Source: an uncultured bacterium (GTDB taxonomy: Bacteria; Planctomycetota; UBA1135; GCA-002686595). Taken from it: a DNA stretch of 39,041 nt. The stretch spans positions 1-39,041 of the forward strand of contig CAJXRJ010000001.1 of NCBI GenBank assembly GCA_913058555.1, in the 5' to 3' direction. Under the pieces are notes generated by a model, which saw only the letters and a list, made by a program, of their open reading frames with translations, did no database searches and was not told the origin of the DNA. Both the position numbers and the translations under genes were made by a program. Below, piece after piece: positions 36,749-39,041 of the stretch (position 1 is its first letter; the number at the start of each line of letters is the position of its first letter).

Positions 36749-37717
36749 TCACTGGGGCAGGATGACCGAGTCCACCACGTGGATGACCCCGTTCGATGCC
36801 TCGATGTCCGTGGCGAGGATGCCGGCTCCGCCGACCGTAGCCGAGTCCTTGCCGATCTTGATCGCCAGGGTGGTGCCACCGATCGTCTTCGCGGAGTCAA
36901 GCTTCGCGGCCTGATCAGCGTAGACACGGCCTTCGACGACGTGGTGCTTCAGGATCGCAGCGAGGCGGTCCTTGTTCTCGGGCTTGAGGAGAGCCTCAAC
37001 CGTGCCCTTCGGAAGCGCTGCGAAGGCGGCGTCATTCGGGGCGAAGATCGTGAACGGTCCGCCCTCGGTGAGCGCCTTGGCAAGGCCAGCGGCCTTGGCG
37101 GCGGCGATGAGCGTCCCGAACGTCTTGGCGCCGGCGGCCACTTCGACCAGGTTCTTGGTCTCGGGCATCAGGACGGAGTCGATCACGTGGATCACGCCGT
37201 TCGAGCAGGCGATGTCGACGACGGTGACGGTCGCGCCATCAATCATGACGGTGCCCTTCTTCTTGTCGACGGCGATGGCGACGCGCTGGCCGCTCACGGT
37301 GCCGGCGCTGGTGAGCTTCACGACGTCCTTCGACATGACCTTACCGGCCACGACGTGGTGGGTCAGGATGCTCTGGAGCAGGGCCTTGTTCTCCTTCTTC
37401 AGGAGCGTCTCGAGCAGCGTGGGCTGGTCCTTCAGGAGCGCGGCAAAGGCCTCGTCCGTGGGTGCAAGCACCGTGAAGGGACCCTTGCCCTGGAGGGTTT
37501 CGACGAGGTCAGCGGCGGTGAGAAGACGGGCGAGGGTGTTGAAGTTGCCCGCCTCCACGGCCGTCGTGACGATGTCCTTGCCGTCGACGGCGTTCGAGGC
37601 GAGGGCGGCGCGGGTGGTGGTTCCGCAGGTGGAACCGCACTGGCCGTCATCGATGGAGGGAGCAGCGAAGGCGGCGGCGCCGAGGACGAGGCTGGAGACT
37701 GCGAGGATGGACTTCAT
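36749..37717 (-). CDS. Secreted protein with two fasciclin (FAS1) domains
   Basis: Signal peptide; two copies of GPFT.(L/F)AP.D.AF...IL.HHVV...NGVIHV.DSV. Confidence 0.95.
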   Translation of the reverse strand: MKSILAVSSLVLGAAAFAAPSIDDGQCGSTCGTTTRAALASNAVDGKDIVTTAVEAGNFNTLARLLTAADLVETLQGKGPFTVLAPTDEAFAALLKDQPTLLETLLKKENKALLQSILTHHVVAGKVMSKDVVKLTSAGTVSGQRVAIAVDKKKGTVMIDGATVTVVDIACSNGVIHVIDSVLMPETKNLVEVAAGAKTFGTLIAAAKAAGLAKALTEGGPFTIFAPNDAAFAALPKGTVEALLKPENKDRLAAILKHHVVEGRVYADQAAKLDSAKTIGGTTLAIKIGKDSATVGGAGILATDIEASNGVIHVVDSVILPQ

Positions 37718-38094
37718 GATTCAGACGGGACACAAAGGTCCCAAGGATAGAGAGTGGTCGGAAACGATGGCGGTCCAGGTGGAGAGCGGCCTGGGTACCT
37801 CCCAGTGACCCGAGGCAAGCTCGAGCGTGGGCAGGGTGGGGCCGATCCGGGACGCTTATCGGGATCGCGGACGGGCGCCGGCAAGAAGCGAGGCGCCCAA
37901 GGGATGATTGGCCGGCGTCGGAAGGATCCTCGCCGGACGGGAACAAGTTCGGCTTCGGTGCCAGCGTGGATGCGGCGGTACCCTGGCGATTCGCCAATTC
38001 GATCAATGCTCGAACAGAACTCGCCGCTCCGCCCCACGGCGAAAGTGCTTCTATCTGCCGCGCCCCTGCCACCCGCCTCTCCCAAGGTCCGAAC

Positions 38095-38993
38095 ATGAAC
38101 GACGTCTTCATCCGTCCACTCGGCGCGCTACTCGCCGCGGCACTCCCGTGGTGTGTTGCGTGCAGCAGCACCGCCCCTGTCGTCCTTCCCGAAGACGTGG
38201 CGGTGCGCACCGGGGACTCGGCGCTCCTCATCGTCGGCGACACGGAGGCCGTCGCGCGGATCCTGGTGCGCAACGGCGATCAACTGCTGGTGCAGCAGTT
38301 CATGGCCCCAGGTGGGCGGAAGGTCCTGCGCCCCGACCTCAAGGATGAGACGAGGCCGGCCCCCGCAGGCACGACCCAAGACCATCCCCACCAGCGAGGC
38401 ATTCGGGTGGCCCATGGTGATGTCAACGGACACCACTTCTGGGAAGAGAAAGGCACGATCGATGTGGTGTCCCACAACTTCGACCTTCCCCTGGAAGGTG
38501 GGGTGCGCGTCGACGCGATGTTGGAATGGCGGGCGCCCAATGGCGACCTCCTGTGCACAGAGAATCGCGTGGTGTCCGTGCGTCCTTTTACGGATCGCCG
38601 CGAACTCGACGTGGAGATTGAACTCTCGGCGACGGGGAATGGCGTGACCTTCGGTGACGAGAAGGACGGATTCCTTGGCCTTCGCTTGGCGGACGCCTTC
38701 CAGTTCAGCCATTCGGGTCGCGCGATGGATTCCGAAGGCCGCCACGATGGAGACCTTTGGGGAAAGAGCGCGCGATGGGTCGCCTACGCCGCGCCGCTCC
38801 CCGATCGAAAAGGAGTCGACGCCGAGGTCACCGTGGCGTTCCTTGATCACCCGGACAACCCGCGCTACCCCACGCGCTGGCATGCGCGACCCTACGGCTT
38901 GGTGGCGGCCAACCCCTTTGGACTTTCGGCGTTCGACGGCGATGGCGGAAGCCGGGGGGACCTCCGGCTCGCAAGCTACGAGAAGATCAAGTT
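38095..38993 (+). CDS. DUF6807/PmoA-family protein, possible lipoprotein; 3'-truncated at the contig end
   Basis: Signal peptide ending ..CVAC-SS; DHPHQRG, VTFGDEKDGFLGLR, WG..ARWV, DHPDN.RYPT.WHARPYGL.AANPFG. The apparent tail CLLYTSPSPRD is adapter-derived. Confidence 0.85.
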
Positions 38994-39041
38994 CTGTCTC
39001 TTATACACATCTCCGAGCCCACGAGACTAGGCATGATCTCG
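38994..39041 (+). other. Illumina Nextera adapter read-through (sequencing artefact)
   Basis: CTGTCTCTTATACACATCT (Tn5 mosaic end) + CCGAGCCCACGAGAC + index TAGGCATG (N706) + ATCTCG (start of P7). Confidence 0.99.

Noticed and set aside
38095-38993. Particulate methane monooxygenase (from the family name 'PmoA')
   Set aside because: A soluble exported beta-rich protein, not the polytopic pMMO subunit; no pmoC or pmoB.
38994-39012. Tn5/IS50 transposon end
   Set aside because: Followed by Nextera primer, index and P7 sequence; no transposase gene; library artefact.

Overview
A 39-kb, high-GC bacterial contig end. The gene content (two fasciclin proteins, a squalene-cyclase-like repeat protein, a DUF6807/PmoA-family protein, a VPS10-type hydrolase) suggests Planctomycetota; this is inference, as there is no marker gene in the window. 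About 32 CDS are supportable, mostly housekeeping or envelope genes: nagA, an MscS channel, a VPS10/BNR hydrolase, two methyltransferases, an AsmA-like protein with an LPS-kinase-like gene, hemH, a SahR-type regulator with metH, a thioesterase/nitronate monooxygenase/kptA operon, a fused TPP E1 enzyme with an acyltransferase, and a DinB protein. Most notable: (1) a tandem array of five highly diverged, near-equal-length (365-372 aa) membrane-anchored paralogues of unknown family at 8561-14306; (2) a 34-aa Lys/Cys microprotein (CC-x7-CxxC) absent from the ORF track, with its own sigma70-like promoter overlapped by a Fur-box-like palindrome; (3) a ~270-nt structured, terminator-capped non-coding segment between hemH and the sahR-metH unit, followed by a SahR-like operator. 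No rRNA, tRNA, CRISPR or transposase was recognised. The last 48 nt are an Illumina Nextera adapter (artefact).
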